Counted from the first letter of the stretch, positions 50,079-64,000 are shown. The stretch: DNA of 64,000 nt from Felis catus (GCF_018350175.1 NC_058368.1:220288001-220352000); one strand, 5' to 3'. Notes: a model not told the origin generated them from the sequence alone. Numbers and translations are program-made.

Positions 50079-51327
50079 CTCCAATTTGCTAGATTAGTAA
50101 TGCATGACTAGATAAATGTGTATATTTATCTTTGACTTGTACACAAAGTGAAACTGATATGCAGCTTGTCCCTTTATATTTTGGTTAGTAGTAATTCTAT
50201 GTCTCCCACTGTAAAATGAGAGGGTGTTCTGCTAAATGAGGTTTGCTCTATTAGTAGGATATTGAAGCTTACCAAATAGGCTTCCTTGGGATTTCGCAAA
50301 TGTACAGCTTGTTAAATTAGTGAAATTAAATCAGTGAAAAAAAACAGAGATTGCTGCAGAGAGTCTACTACCTTGGGAAAAGAGCACATGCCAGTTTTTA
50401 CAAATTGGAATCTGATTTTAAAAAAAATGAAGAAGAATATCCTTCTGGGAACTTATCTTGACTTAGCCATTAAATATTTGTTGAAAAATAGATCCAAATA
50501 TTCTTATAATCTTAAGATTTTGCCAGCCAACAAATATACATAATACCTTCCCTTACTTACTAACATTGACAAGCAGACATGGCCCAAGAGGTCCCACAGA
50601 AAGTCTTGGAAGTTGTAATTTTTATTTTCATTATAGTCCTGCTTTATCAGAGGACATCTTTTATGTTAAGCTTAATTTGCATGGTTTTCTAAATACAAAT
50701 TCTTGTTTTTATTTAAAAAACATGGTTTTATTAAAGAGGGATGAAACACATTTCCACATATAAAACTAAAACAGAGCATTTTGCACAGTAAGAAATGGAT
50801 CTCATATTTGATTATCAACTGTTTTGTTAATATATTCTGAATGGAATGATCCTCTGTGGAACCAATTGTTTCACACCTTGGGCAAATTACCTCTTTTTTG
50901 TTTTCTATTATTTTTAAATCTATGTACAAACTCATCTCCATATTCAAGAGACATATAGAGGAATATATTGCCCTCAATTATTCAGATTTATCTCCATTCT
51001 TTGGCCTCAAAATAACACACATGATTGTGCCTTGTAAAATAATTTTGAAATTTTATTCAGAGCTTTTAATTATTTTTGCAGAATGAGTTCATTTCAACAT
51101 TGAAAATTTTAGTTGTTAAATGCTTATAATTCTGACTTCTTTGGTCCAAAGTATGAATATTACTATTTAAAAACAAACATTTGGAAAATGCAATTCTATC
51201 CATGTATGTGATGTGAGATTAGTCAGTCTCAAATATGAAAAATGTAAAAAGACTCATACATATGATATGATATTAATACTTAAGGACATAATCAAAGAGG
51301 AATAATTGGAATATATTAACTAGAGTG

Positions 51328-52872
51328 TTTTTTATTTGAATTCCAATTAATTAATATACATTGTAATATTAGTTTCAGGTGTACAGTTTGGTGAGCCAAC
51401 ACTTCCATATGAGAACTCATGCTCCTCACAAGTGCCTTCCTTAATCCCCATCACTCCACTCACCTCCCATCTGGTAACCATTAGTCTGTTCTCTATAGTT
51501 AAGCATCTACTTCCTTGTTTGCTTCTCTCTTTTTATCCCCATGAGCATTTGTTTTGTTTCAGAAATTGCACCTATGAGTAAAATCGTATGGTATTTGTCT
51601 TTCTCTGACATATTTTGTCTTGCATATTACTCTGCAGCTCCATCCACATCGTCGCAAATGGAGAGATTTCATTTTTTTATGGCTGAATAATAGTTGATTG
51701 TATACACATCACTCACTGTAGTTTTGGTTTGTATTTCCCAGATGATCAGTGATGTTGAGAATCTTTTCATGTGTTTGTTGGCCACTGGTAAGTCTTCTTT
51801 GGAAAAATGGCTATTCATGTCTTCTGCCCACTTGTAACTGGATTATTTGTTTTTTGGGTGTTGAGTTTTATAAGTTCTTTATATATTTTGGATACTAACT
51901 GTTTATCCATTATGTCATTTGTGAATATCTTCTCTCATTCCATAGGTTGCCTTTTAGTTTTGTTGATTATTTCCTTCGCTGTGCAAAGGCTTTCTTTCTT
52001 GATGAAGTCCCATTAGTTTATGTTCGCTTTTGTTTCCCTTGCCTCAGGAGACATATCAAGTAAGATGTCGCTATGGCCAAGGTCTCTTCTTGGTGTTCTC
52101 TCCTAGGATTTTGATGGTTTTCTGTCTCAAGGTCTTTTTTTTTATTATTTTTTTTTAACATTTATTTATTTTTTTGAGACAGACAGAGACAGAGCATGAA
52201 TGGGGGAGGGGCAGAGAGAGAGGGAGACACAGAATCAGAAGCAGGCTCCAGGCTCTGAGCCATCAGCCCAGAGCCCGACACAGGGCTCGAACTCACGGAC
52301 CGCGAGATCATGACCTGAGCCGAAGTCGGATGCTTAACCGACTGAGCCACCCAGGCACCCCTGTCTCAAGGTCTTTAAAGCACTTTGAGTTTATTTTTTG
52401 ATATGATGTAAGAGAGTGGTCCAGTTTCATTCTTTTGCAGGTTGCTGTCCAGTTTTCCTAACACCATTTGTTGTAAAGACTGCCATTTTCCATTGAATAC
52501 TTTTTCCTACTTTGTCAAAGAGTAGTTTACTATATCGTTGTGGGTTCATTTCTGGGTTTTCTCTTTTGTTCTATTAAGCTATGTGTCATTTTTGTAGCAG
52601 AACCATACTGTTTTGATTACTATAGCTTTGTAATATAACTCAAAGTCCAGAATTGTGATCCTTCCAGCTTTGCGTTGCTCTGTGAAAAAAATGCTGGTGG
52701 TATTTTGATGGAGATGCATTAAATATGTAGATTGATTTTGGTAATATAGACACTTTAACAATATTTGTTCTTCCAATCCATGAACATGGAAAGTTTTTCC
52801 ATTTCTTTATGTCTTCTCTAATTTCTTTCATCAGTGTTTTACAGCTTTTAGGGTACAGATTCTTTACCACAT
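51328..52872 (-). mobile_element. 5'-truncated carnivore L1 (L1_Carn-like), 3'UTR plus ORF2 C-terminus
   Basis: 3' end tttatttgaattccaatta.ttaa.ataca..ttagtttcaggtgtaca. ORF-track pieces KNLYPKSCKTLMKEIREDIKKWKNFPCSWIGRTNIVKVSILPK and GRITILDFELYYKAIVIKTVWF are L1 ORF2. Degenerate TSD aac(t/c)agag(tg/ca)tttt. Confidence 0.93.
52138..52360 (-). mobile_element. CAN-SINE inserted in L1
   Basis: Perfect 16-bp TSD ctgtctcaaggtcttt at 52122-52137 and 52361-52376. Confidence 0.97.
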
Positions 52873-54783
52873 TGCTAACCAGAGCATTTTAAAGATAATT
52901 TGAAACATATTAGTAAAATTTGAAGAAAAATGAAATTAAGACCTTTATGTTGTTCATAACTAAAGCTGAAATATTTAATTCTTCATATGCATAATAATTG
53001 TACTTTTTGATGATAGGTTATTTAGGATATAATTTAATATTAAAGGAAGTGGGAAAAAAAGATATAAATTTTAACTGAATAGAAACATTTTTTCAAAAAT
53101 TATTGAAATGTCAATGTTAAAATAGTAAGTAATTAATAGCCCTTTAGGGCATCTCTTTGTCCTTAATATATATTGACTTATGGTGGTGAGCTATTAGATA
53201 AGAACCATGTGGAGGTCTTACGAACATTGGAAAGGGCAGGGGAAAAAGAACCCTGGAAAGGAAAACAATCATTAAAGTTACCCAAAGGCTTTCAATGCAA
53301 ACAAAATATATTAATTTTTATAATTCCTAAAAATGAATATTCTAGTCAATTTTTGGTTTGTCTTTATATTGGTAGTGGTGGTGAGTCAGAAACAATATTA
53401 TGATTGGATTTATTATAATGTAAATATCATAAATATTTCAATTAATAACAAGTCCCTGTCACTGCTACTGTGTTCTTCAATTTATAATCCACATAGGATT
53501 GATTGGAAACTTTTTCACAGTTATGTCTAATCAGATAAGATTAATTCAGATTTCTGGAGACATTTTTAGTTTTCTACAACTTAGATTTATAAATACAGAA
53601 CCTCAATTTTGAGGCTGACTTACCCATTTTTTATTTTTAATTATAAGTGTCATCCATTACATATTTATGAAAAAAATAATAATGCTTACTCACAAAATAG
53701 TCACTGTCAAATTGAAAGATACACCAGTAAAATCTCAATTAAAATAAGTGTTTAGCTGTAGACAACAGAAAACCTTGAGTACAAATACTGCAGTCTGGAG
53801 ATTTTAGTGTTCTGTATGTTATATAATTATAAATGTTTCAAACAAGCCTTACACATTTTATAATAAAATTTTTAAAAATTTATTTTCTTTTCTTATCTCA
53901 GCAATTTTGAAAAGAGGACCAGGATATATTCTTGTACTTTGTTTTGTCTGTGCTCTTAAATTCCTGCCGTTAGTCACCTTAGTGATACATACCTAGCACT
54001 ATATAGTACTTAAATAATGTTTGTCTTTATCGATTTAATGTAAGTGAATCAATGGCACTAAAGATCTTTTAAAGGCTTAAAATTTTTTAAATGTTATTTT
54101 TACTGTAAAACCAATTGATTTAATATGACCTCCTTTTAAAAAAAAACTAAGATTTTAAGGAATAAGGTGTTCTTTGGTGAATCATTTTTAAAAACATAAG
54201 TGTTATTGATTTTAGTATAATTTAAATAAGAACATTGCTTATTGTATTTCTAATAAGAATGACTTTGAATTACTATTATTTGTCAATTTCTATACATATT
54301 TTACATAAATCTTATAATACACACACACACACTCAAACTCAAAATCGTGACAGAAAAGCTCACGATTATCTGACTAAAAACACTGCATACAATTTCCACC
54401 TTTACCTAAGAATTCTACTTTTTATTTTAGGAATAAAGCAAAGTGAATGGCCCCTAAGTCTTTTATCTGCCAAATGTACAATCTGAATGTTTTAATTTTT
54501 TATTATTTTATTTATTTTTAATTTCCCAGCTTTTGAGCTAACATTTGAGTTCAAACATATATTTTTGGTTCCAAGCCTTAGGCTTCCAGCTAAGCCAAAT
54601 CTATTTATGCTAACGATCTCCAACAGCTGCACTCTGCATTATCTGAGGCTTCTGGGAGGTCTTCCAAGGGAACTCCAAATAGAGCATATTGCAGCGATCT
54701 AGTCTGGAGTGCTGAAAGTAATGTCCCACCTGCAGTGATTGCTCTGCCACAGAAAATGTGGTAGCTACACAGTAGTCTAAATT

Positions 54784-54807
54784 GAGAGAGAGAGAGAGAG
54801 AGAGAAG

Positions 54808-54841
<34 letters not shown>
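54784..54841. repeat. (GA)n microsatellite
   Basis: Directly visible, with two interruptions. Confidence 0.95.
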
Positions 54842-56059
54842 TCTATTCTATTGCTTCATTTTACTCACCTTTCATCTTCCCTTTGTATATTCCTTGGCTT
54901 CTTAATGATAATGTAAAGTGGTTGGTTGTCACCTCAACCACCCCAACACACCAGGGGTCCCCTCCTTTTCCATATTCTACCTCCTGCCTTTTATTGCCTC
55001 CTATGATGTGAGCAATGGCCCATGGAAAGAATTGGAGACAACCATACAACATCATTGCTATTAATGAGCTTAAAAAGCACAGCCCATGAAAATACACTAG
55101 TTCTATAGGAGAAAAAAAGAGTGGAAGTTTTACCACCATCATTCAAATGATGAATGAACATACTGAGCTATTTCTGCAAGGCACATGAGCTGAGGAGGGT
55201 TGTTCAAGAGAGACCGCATCAATGAAACCACCACTCATGAAAAATGACTGCAGTGCCACCCTTTATCGGCATTAATGGTGCTTAAAATGCATTCGTGAGC
55301 ATACACATATGCTTACACTTGTACAGAGATATGAAAGCATTCACTCTCCCTAGATATTTTTTAACCGCCAGATAGTGCAAGTGACTTCGGTAGTTCAGCC
55401 TCATAACTTTCCTAATAAAAATTGAAAAAGTTTTGTTACAGTTTGACAAATGATTCTGTCTGCAGAAAACCCTTAGAACCATAACCATTTTTTTACATAG
55501 AGATGTGCCAAAATGCTTGAAAATAATTTAGGCAGCTGCCAGACTATTTTATTTGCTAGTTTAAGACATGGCCTTTAGCCATTTGCTTCACCTTCTTACA
55601 TTTGAAAACTTTAGCCAGGAAATTGCTATTACAATGATACAGAATTCATCTGAAAGGTTATTTAAATAGGCAAAACAAAACAACAAAACAGAAGAGCCAC
55701 TGTGACTTATTTATTATATTACCCACAAGATGCTAGAAATATCCCTTAGAAAATGTAACACTTCCAAAATTCATGCCTTTAATGAAAGTTTTCCAGATTT
55801 GAATTGATTTTCTGTATGTTTTTGAAGATCAGTTTTAGAAAACTGAGTTTGTTTCATAGACTGAAAGCCAACAGACCAAAATCATTGTGGTTTATACGAG
55901 TAAAGGCCAGTTTACAAAGGAAATTAGTGGGTAAAATGTTAACAGGTACCTAGCATGGCTTACCAGCATCTTAAAGTTGATCGAAAAGGATGCTCTTTAA
56001 TTCACATGCAGATATTCTTTTAACCAGTTTGACAATTCCCAGTGCCCATTTCTGTTCTA

Positions 56060-56770
56060 CACATTGCATTTTATTAAAAAAATAATTCTTTAAAAAATAC
56101 CATTCTTTCCCATCTCTCTTTAAGGCAGCTCTATCATAAGTCAATCATTTCTAGGTGTATTATTTATTTCTGAATCTTATTATGTTTCATTGGTCACTGT
56201 TTTCATATTTATACAAATTCTCACTGTCTCATTTAGCATAGTATCCAGTAATGTGTTCTCACCTTGGTTTTTCAGACGGGTGTGCTAAGCCATGGTCTCA
56301 TAAATATAAAAGCATTTCAATTAAGAAACAATGATGCTGGGATTATATTGACCTTATGGATCAGTTTGGAGAGTCTTGACATCTTTCAATAGAGAGAAAT
56401 ACAATTGAATTTTGATATTTTGCGTTTTGAGAACCAGCCTCTGGTTACATCAATTTTCTCTTGTTTTCTTATTTTTAATTTCATTGATTTCCATTTTAGT
56501 TTCTTTTTTTTTCCTTCTTGCTTGAGGCTTAAATTATTTTTCCTTCTCTAGTTGCTGAATGTGGAAGCTTAGTTTATTGATTATAGACTTTTTTATTTTC
56601 TAATATATGCATTTTAATCACATAAATTTTCTGCTAAGCCCAGTTTTTGCTGCATCCTCTTACATTTTATAAAGCTATATTTTCAGTATATTTTGTAAGT
56701 TCCAAATATGTGCAAACTTTCTAGCTGTCTTTCTGTTATTACCATCTAATTTGATTTCATATGGTCTGAG
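56060..56770 (-). mobile_element. Old L1 ORF2 fragments
   Basis: ccattctttccc..gcagctctatcataagtcaa.., tggatcagtttggagag..tgacatcttt, ttttcta.atatatgcatttt..ataaattttc..tttgctgcatcc..tatggtctgagag. Confidence 0.6.
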
Positions 56771-57907
56771 AGTGCTATGGGTTAACTTGGGTCTCCCCTA
56801 AGAAGATATGTTAAAGATCGCATCCCCATTATCTCAGAAAATGGGTCACACTTAATATTTTTCTAGTTACAGGTACCAGAATCTTCAAATTTCTGTAGCA
56901 TCTTTGTTTTTTGTCTTCTACCTTGATTTTGATATTTCCCTATGTGTTACTCCTCAGTGAGAGTTTGTTGTTGGTGAAGTAGACAGAGAGCTGATCATGT
57001 GGGTTTTAAACCTGTGTGAAAATTATTAAAGACAAGGGGAAGCAGAGATTCATGTGATCAGGTTTATATTTTGAAAAGATTTCTGCTGTTTAAAAAATCC
57101 CTCTGTGATCAATTCACCCTAGACAGGGGTTTGCAAATGGGCAAAGTTTGCTACAACAATGTATTTTTAAAAAGCAAATCCATTGACTTGCTGTGTCTAA
57201 AAATGTAAACATACAAGTCAAATTTTGGAGAGAAATACACAGGAAAAAATGTGATGCAGAATAACAGCAAGTTAAAAAAAAGAGGGGGAAACTCAGTATT
57301 TAGCAAAAACCACAGACCTGTGTTTATATGCAGCAGAAAGGAACAACGTAAATGTTTATGACACTTAACAATTCTCATGGACCTACAATAAATAAGTAGA
57401 CAAAAATCTGACAGTAGACAATTTCTGACAGAAATTCAAAATATAAACCCAGTCTTGGATTCAATGCAAAGAAAAACATTATTTCTGAAGCCACTGAAAG
57501 ACAGAGGATTGGTTAAGGACCAAGAGATTCAAAGCTAAGGCCCATTTGTCCTTACTAGACTCCCAAAGCCTTTGAATTTGGAAGCAAACTTAAGGGCTGT
57601 TCATGTTCAGAAATTAAGAAAGATTCTCCCCAGGGGAGGAGTTAGTCAGAAATAGTCACCATAGCAAAATCCATAAGGGCCCTGTAATCTAGCAAAGGAT
57701 GTAGAAAATTATAATGAGTAGGTTGAAAATGTTATTGTGGGTCTATGAACTTGAGCTTGGCTTACAGAGTTTATAATTACAAATACAGAGCATGTAGTCT
57801 GCAAATGTGAGAGGAGTCTTAATTCATCCTTGGGCATCTGGAAAGGCAATGGTATAAAGAGAATTAGACACCATATTTTAATTATATATAATAGACATCA
57901 AGAGAAG

Positions 57908-57946
57908 GTGTTGTTGTTGTTGTTTGTTGTTGTTGTTGTTGTTGTT
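57908..57946. repeat. (GTT)n microsatellite
   Basis: Directly visible. Confidence 0.9.
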
Positions 57947-57947
57947 G

Positions 57948-58140
57948 GAACTAGGCTGCAAGATTTTGACTCCCAGCTTTTTCATCTTTAGAAAGGTGTC
58001 TGGGGAAAGCTAATTTCTCAATGCCTTAGTGCATTCATACATATAAAGTGGGGCAAACTAATACTGAACTGATAAGATTGTCCTGAAGATTAATTTTGTT
58101 AATATCTATAATATAAGTGGAAAAATGTAAGCATTCAACA
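57948..58140 (+). mobile_element. MIR fragment
   Basis: tcccagct...tctggggaaagctaatttctc.atgccttagt..tcata..tataaagtgggg..taata..gattgt..tgaagattaa resembles the MIR core. Confidence 0.5.
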
Positions 58141-58249
58141 AACACCACCACTACTATAATACAAGAAACATAGTGAAGCTGAGCGAGGCCAATATTCATT
58201 AACATTAGTGTTTCCACAATTAGGCACTGTCATTGAGAAGAAGTTCCCC

Positions 58250-58590
58250 AGCAAGTAGAAGAGCATATTTTTCTTCAGACTTTCAAAGCATCTAGAAGTG
58301 ATCATGTGAGTACAAATGAAGTATATTTATTGATGCTAAGACAGGTAAATAATGAGTTCTCCCTCTACATCATCATATTTTCTTTTTGACTGGTGACCCT
58401 GAGGTTCCTATGGGGTGGGGGAGCTACAAGATATAAGGAAGAAGCCTTGATTCCCAAATCACTATGTGCAGAAAAGTCACCTGTGAATTGGAAGACACCA
58501 CGTTGGACTATAAAATGATGGGAAATAAACCCTATCACATTAATTCACTGAAATTTGGGGTTGGTTACAGCAACTAGAGTTACCCTAATT
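58250..58590 (+). mobile_element. MLT1J-like LTR fragment
   Basis: gagctacaagat..aagccttgattcccaaatcacta.gtg..ttggact..gaaataaacc..cactgaaatttggggttggttacagca. Confidence 0.55.
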
Positions 58591-59489
58591 TGTTGGGGAA
58601 AAAAAGCCCTCTTATTTGTTTTATAAAGGATTCTTACCTAAAGAATCTTAAAAGCATCAGTCAAAAACCAAAACCAACAAAACAAACAAACAAAAAAACA
58701 GATTGACCTGCCTCCTTACAAAGGTAAAACAAAATGCCTTTCTCTTGCTTTTTTTGCTATAGTTGCTTTACCTCTATTAGTCTATTTCCTTTCCTTGAAT
58801 AATATTATTTATAAGTTCAAGTGAAAGTTGAGCAAAAGCAATGTGGATGTGGGTTATAACATGTATAACATTCCAGGGTTACTGCTTTATCTTGTGAAAT
58901 GGTAATTGATTAAGGGCAATGTTGCTTTGGTTTTAAACTACTATAGTGGTTCTGGGATTTGTTCGTTCTTTCTAAATGTTATGACTGCAAGGCTTGTCTA
59001 TGGAACTGTTTTTTTATCTTATCAATAGTCCAATAATTTGGGGGAAAAATATGACACATGAGAGATTTGAGTTGGAATATGTGAGACTGCGGAGGAATGA
59101 ATGAAATTCATCAGGTCCAGGGTAGAATTAGAAATGGAGGAGTAGATGTTTTTCTTTCTTTCTTTTTTTTTTCTTTTTTGTAGCTTTAATATATCTGAGA
59201 CCAAGGAGAGTTTTCATTCTTTGTTTTATTTTGTTTTTCTTTAAGAAAAAGAAAATGTTTTCATTTATAGAAATTTTTCATTTCCTCCTGAGACTTTATT
59301 TTCCCTCAAGGAATGAAATTTTGAAAAAGCAAAGGGTCACATATTGCCGTACTTCACAATTTGGAGGATTTTATGTTTCTAGAATTGCATTGTTCTCACT
59401 GAACTCTTCTCTGTGACCACAGATATAGGTGGGCATCAGAATTAATTCAGCCAAACTTTATCTGGAAGACAGAATGGAGTTGGAAACGA

Positions 59490-60065
59490 AGTTGCTTGAT
59501 TGTTGTTTTATGATAAATTTCTCTGAAACACAACAGCTTAAACTAACAAACATTTATTATGTCACATAATCACTAAGGGTCAGGAGTCCCGGAATGATTC
59601 ATTTGGGATCGTGGTTTTGGTCTCTCCTGAGACTATCGCCGAAGTGACAGGAGGCAAGGGTGTGAGTACGGGAAGCCGGGAGTTTTGGAGGTGAAAGGTG
59701 GCTGCTATTATCCTCCACCTGCTCCAAATGCTTTATGTTCTTCCCACACACAAAGCACACTCGCCCATTCTCAAAGTGCCTAGCATGCCTCATGGCGACA
59801 GGAGCTCAAAATCGAGAATCTCATCATCTAAATGAAGTCCAAGTGTGAGCAAGTTTCCTCTGTTGTCATACCTGAAGTATAACTTCTCAAGTATAGCTTA
59901 GTGAATAAGGTAAATATATAGAGAATAAAGTAAATTAAAAAAATAATAAAGTAATAAATAAAGAGAAAAATTAGCTCATCTCCTGTCCCCTCAGCCAATA
60001 TTTGAAGTTAAGAAATGCCTAACTGCTACAAACATTCTTCAAAAAGAAGGAAAGCAGGGGTCACA
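59490..60065 (-). mobile_element. MLT1 LTR plus internal remnant
   Basis: cagcttaaac.aacaaacatttattat.tcaca..gggtcaggagtcc..ggtctctcctgag, followed by MLT1-int-like sequence. Confidence 0.5.
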
Positions 60066-60135
60066 TCTTCATTTTCCTGACGCATTTCATCAGTGCTTAT
60101 GAAATATGCTTTCTGGCTCTAAAACAATAAAAACT

Positions 60136-60372
60136 GGGGCACCTGGGTGGCTCTGTAGGTTAAGCATCCGACTTCCGCTCAGGTCAGGATCTCGCAGTTG
60201 GAGAGTTGCAGCCCTGCGTCAGGCTCTGTGCTGACAGCTTGGAGCCTGGAGCCTGCTTCGGATTCTTTGTCTCCCTCTCTCTCTCTGCCTCTCCCATGCT
60301 CATGCTCTGTCTCTGTCTCTCTCTCTCTCTGTCTCTCTCAAATATTAAATAAAGTATATAAAAAAAGTTTTA
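60136..60372 (+). mobile_element. CAN-SINE
   Basis: TSD aacaataaaaac at 60123-60134 and 60374-60385. Confidence 0.95.
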
Positions 60373-60554
60373 CAACAATAAAAACATATTGAGGGTTTTT
60401 GTAAAGTATCTAATGTACTTTACGTGAAAAAGTTTTAAACTCCAGCAACAATGTTTTCTTTATGCAATCATTAATCATTAAACTATATATTTCTTCTAAA
60501 AGTTAGAGAAAGGGAGTGCTCAATAGAAAAAGAAAATAGTAACCTTAGGTCGCT

Positions 60555-60764
60555 TATTTTTTTTATTTTTAAATGTTTATTCATTTTTGAGAGAGAGGGA
60601 GAGTGCAAGCAGGTGACAGGCAGAGAGAGGAGGGACAGGGGAATCCGAAGTGGGCTCCACACTGAGAGCAGTGAACCCAAAGCAGGGTTTGAACCTGAGA
60701 ACTGGGGGATCATGACCTGAGCTGAAATCGGATGTTTAACCAACTGAGCCACCCTGGAGCACCT
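60555..60764 (-). mobile_element. CAN-SINE
   Basis: T-tail, gatcatgacctgagctgaa and head caactgagccaccctggagcacc. Confidence 0.92.
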
Positions 60765-61828
60765 GTTACTTCTTTAAGTTTACATGCAGGTAGACAATTT
60801 TAACTATTGTTTTATATTAATAGTAGATTGGGACAATATTTTATATGAAAAATAATAATCAAAGAGACTTATTGTCTCTACCAAAGCTGATTTAGTCCCT
60901 AAAAACATCTAAATTAGCCCAAAACTTAGATTGATTTTACTGTTTCTGGCTGATTTAGACTTATTTAACAATTGCACTGAATGATTCATTGCACATACTG
61001 AATATATCTTTTAAAAAACCTTCATTGAATACAACCTTGGGTATTTTCCTGATTATGTCTTCTTTGAATCTCATACCTCTGAAAAGTCTGGAAAGATAAA
61101 GTATCCCTCTGTTTCTTTTTTGTAATCTCAAAGATATTTCCTTTATATGCAACTTGCCCTTTAAAAATTAATTATATTCCCACATAATTTTTCATGTTAT
61201 GTTCTTGTTCAACATGTAATTTTTTTGAGAATTTATCCATACTCAACATTGTCAAATCACATTATTTTATCCCTTCGTGCACAATGAATTATGAACACAA
61301 GAATATTTGTGCTGGTGAAAGGGAATAAATTAGGTACTCAATTGCATACCAGAGAGGTGCATATTTCCTTCGAATTTAGCTAGACTTAGGCAGGTGGGTC
61401 AAGAGACTAATGTTTTTCTCTTAGTGTGCCATTTATCAGCCACCACAGTGGCTCAAAGCAATTTTGTTCTCTCTTCAAGTCCCGGGGGTCCCAATATAGA
61501 TTTTCATTTTGCCAGCTGGAATGAGTCTGAAAACTCTCCCTGACGCTTGGTCTTGATCAGCTGCTGCTCTTCATTGACTGAGCAAGTAATCATTTTACTG
61601 CCACTAAGATGGAGAGGTGACCTACCTTCAGAGTGACCCTGTAATTCATTTGCTCTTTGTGTTACACTAAGCTGTCCTGTTGAAGGAAAACAGAAGCTGC
61701 CTGGGTTAAAGAATGAGACATCTGGGTCACTGGCCACAATTTCAAATAAAATCCACAGTTTTTTGGTGAGGATAAAATATATATATGGGGCATCCCTTAA
61801 ATAGAATTCTGTAGAAGACCACGCAAAT

Positions 61829-61829
<1 letters not shown>

Positions 61830-61864
<35 letters not shown>
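61830..61864. repeat. (CA)n microsatellite
   Basis: Perfect CA run. Confidence 0.95.
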
Positions 61865-61866
<2 letters not shown>

Positions 61867-62112
61867 CATCTCAGAATTCTTCTTAGATTTCTTGCATACA
61901 CTTTATCTTCATTCCCAAACTATGGATTTCATTTGAAATCCCGTTATTTAACCAGGTCATTTCTGACTTCCTTCAACAGGATAGCTTAATGTAAAACAAG
62001 GAACAAATGATAACGTTGTCACTCAGGGTAGGTTGTCTCTGCACCTTAATAGAGAGTGAGTGTATGTGTGGATGTGGTCTTCAGAATCTGGCTTAGAAGT
62101 CCCACACATATT

Positions 62113-62304
62113 TCTTTTATTATTTTTTTTAAGTTTATTTATTTTGAGAGGCAGAAAGTACAAGATGGGGAGGAGCAGAGAGAGGGGAGAGAGCAGGAAG
62201 CCCAAGCAGGCTCCACACTCATAGAGCAGAGCCCGATATGCGGCTTGAACTCATGAACCTGAGCCAAAGTCAGTTGCTTAATCAAATGAGCCATCCAGGC
62301 GCCC
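62113..62304 (-). mobile_element. CAN-SINE with internal deletion
   Basis: TSD tagaagtcccaca at 62094-62106 and 62305-62317. Lacks the gagatcatga segment. Confidence 0.92.
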
Positions 62305-62794
62305 TAGAAGTCCCACATACATTTAGTGGCTAGAGTTAGGGTATACAATTATGTGCATGCTTATTTTCTTGTTATGTTTTTATGTTATTTACTACTATTT
62401 CTTAAAAGCAGGAATACATCCACTTAGTAACTTGATTGGCACAAGTCACTATTGGTAAACTATTACCACTATTTTACATGCAAGTATCTTTTACTGGCAT
62501 TACCAAACACATCTTTGGGACCTGTTTTGTGCACATCAGCATGTTAGACAATGGGACTTCAAAGATGACTAAAACACCATGCTTATTTGAAAAAAAATCC
62601 GAATTATCCTATAAACAACATTGAAAGCACAGATGTGCTGAGTAACAGGAAGAAATCAAGGCAATTATATGTTTTGGTAATCACACTACATTTTTAAACT
62701 AAAATAATTTATTTCAAAATTTAAAGGCCAGAATATAAAACTTCACTTCGATAAAGGCATCTGTATTTAATATTATATATTATATATATATATT

Positions 62795-63305
62795 TTTAGT
62801 TATAAATCGCTCCATAACAAACCAGCCCACAACTTAATGGCACACAGCAGGAACCATTTTAATATGGTCACACATTCCAAGAGGATTTCCAAAAGGATAT
62901 AACAGGGATGGTTTGTCTGGGTGCTGTGATATCTGGGACTTCTACTAGGAGAATGTGAACATGTAGGGAAGGAAAATTTGAGGCTAGTGAATCTGTTTCA
63001 ATCTTGGCTTCTCCCACTCACATGTCAGGCTTCTGCATTCAGCTCATCTGTGTGTACATGACGTTGCAGCTGTGAGGTTTGGGCTATTATAACAGGACAA
63101 CTGTATTCTGAGAGAGAGCCAATTGAGGACAGTACTTAAGGGCAAGGATTTCATCAGACTGAGTCAGAAGCTGTATGGGCTTTAACAACAGTTTCAGAAG
63201 ACACACAGCATCATTTAAATGGATGTTTCATTAATGGAGTTCCCAGAAGCCTTTCAGTCTTAGTGTGATGAATGTTAAAGTATTTGGTATTGGATTTAAA
63301 ACCAT
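62795..63305 (-). mobile_element. MaLR LTR (MLT1H-like)
   Basis: ttagtta..gctccataacaaacca.cccacaacttaatggc..aaccatttt..acagggatggtttgtct..cagaagctgtatg..cagaagacacacagcatca. Confidence 0.6.
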
Positions 63306-64000
63306 ACAATGCCTAAATTTGCCAATCTCCTTGCATATGAAAGTGTATTTTACTTTATTTGTTGACTTATTTCTTATTTACGCTTCTAATTCAAATTGTA
63401 TGTGTTCATCACAGGCTACAAGGTAGGTAATATATTGCCAATGAATGAAACAAAAGAGAAAAATCTATTAACCCAACCAACAAAATACACCAGTTTTTAA
63501 AGTGTGTTGAAAAATTGCAATGATTTAAAACATGTTTAACTTTGAGTGACATCGACGAGCTCTATAACAATTCTATGATAATAGATCAGCTCATTGAGTT
63601 CTTAGCTTACAATTTAGAAAAATGAAGGTTACAATTTTGAATATGTCATAAATGGTATAACAAGATAAACTCTCAATCTCCCTGTCTGAATCTGATACAG
63701 CATTTCCCAACATGTGTCTCTTTTCTGTAGGGGTAAGTCAAATAAATGTATTCCACTTTCAACTATATTGGAATCAAATATTCTTACCATCCTAGTCTGC
63801 TAACCCTTTCCATCGTGAAAAATCACTGTGCATATTAGAATAGTAAAAATTAATTTTGAAAATTTGTAGGCTGAAAATGACAGCAAAAATTGACCACATT
63901 GGAGAAAAAAAATAAGTTTTTATCTGTTTCCAACAATAGCAGGTACAAACGTATATGGTTGCTGATGTCAATTCAGACTCAAGGTCAGGGCTCAGTAGCC

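Noticed and set aside
52579..52870. ORFs with real protein similarity (KKWKNFPCSWIGRTNIVK; DFELYYKAIVIKTVW)
   Set aside because: Frameshifted fragments of L1 ORF2 inside a truncated L1, not a host gene.
698..62304. Recurrent ORF family (MAQ[SL]VK..QVMIS..QSLEPASDSVSP) suggesting a repeated gene family or array
   Set aside because: All copies are translations of dispersed CAN-SINEs. Spacing is irregular with TSDs and poly(A) tails, so this is neither a gene family nor a CRISPR-like array.

Overview
AT-rich, CpG-depleted mammalian non-coding DNA from a carnivore, almost certainly a felid, since it carries about 30 tRNA-derived CAN-SINEs of the SINEC_Fc type and a felid-type L1 3' end. I can support no intact protein-coding exon, RNA gene or CpG island. 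Nearly all ORFs in the supplied track are chance readings of SINEs, microsatellites or L1 remnants. The window is a mosaic of CAN-SINEs (many with clear target-site duplications, TSDs), old L1/L2/MIR fragments, MaLR (MLT1) LTRs, an ERV1-type solo LTR, an ERV-L internal fragment plus LTR16-type LTR with recognisable integrase and dUTPase fossils, MER20 and microsatellites. The most informative hidden feature is a heavily decayed, intronless retrocopy of CDR2 (cerebellar degeneration-related protein 2) on the minus strand at about 14.76-15.52 kb. Also notable are an old L1 with a twin-priming inversion (8.46-9.34 kb), a very young SINE lacking a TSD, and a pre-miRNA-sized hairpin in unique sequence. 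I found no evidence of a previously undescribed biological system. Repeat subfamily names and the CDR2 match come from recalled consensus sequences, not from a database search.
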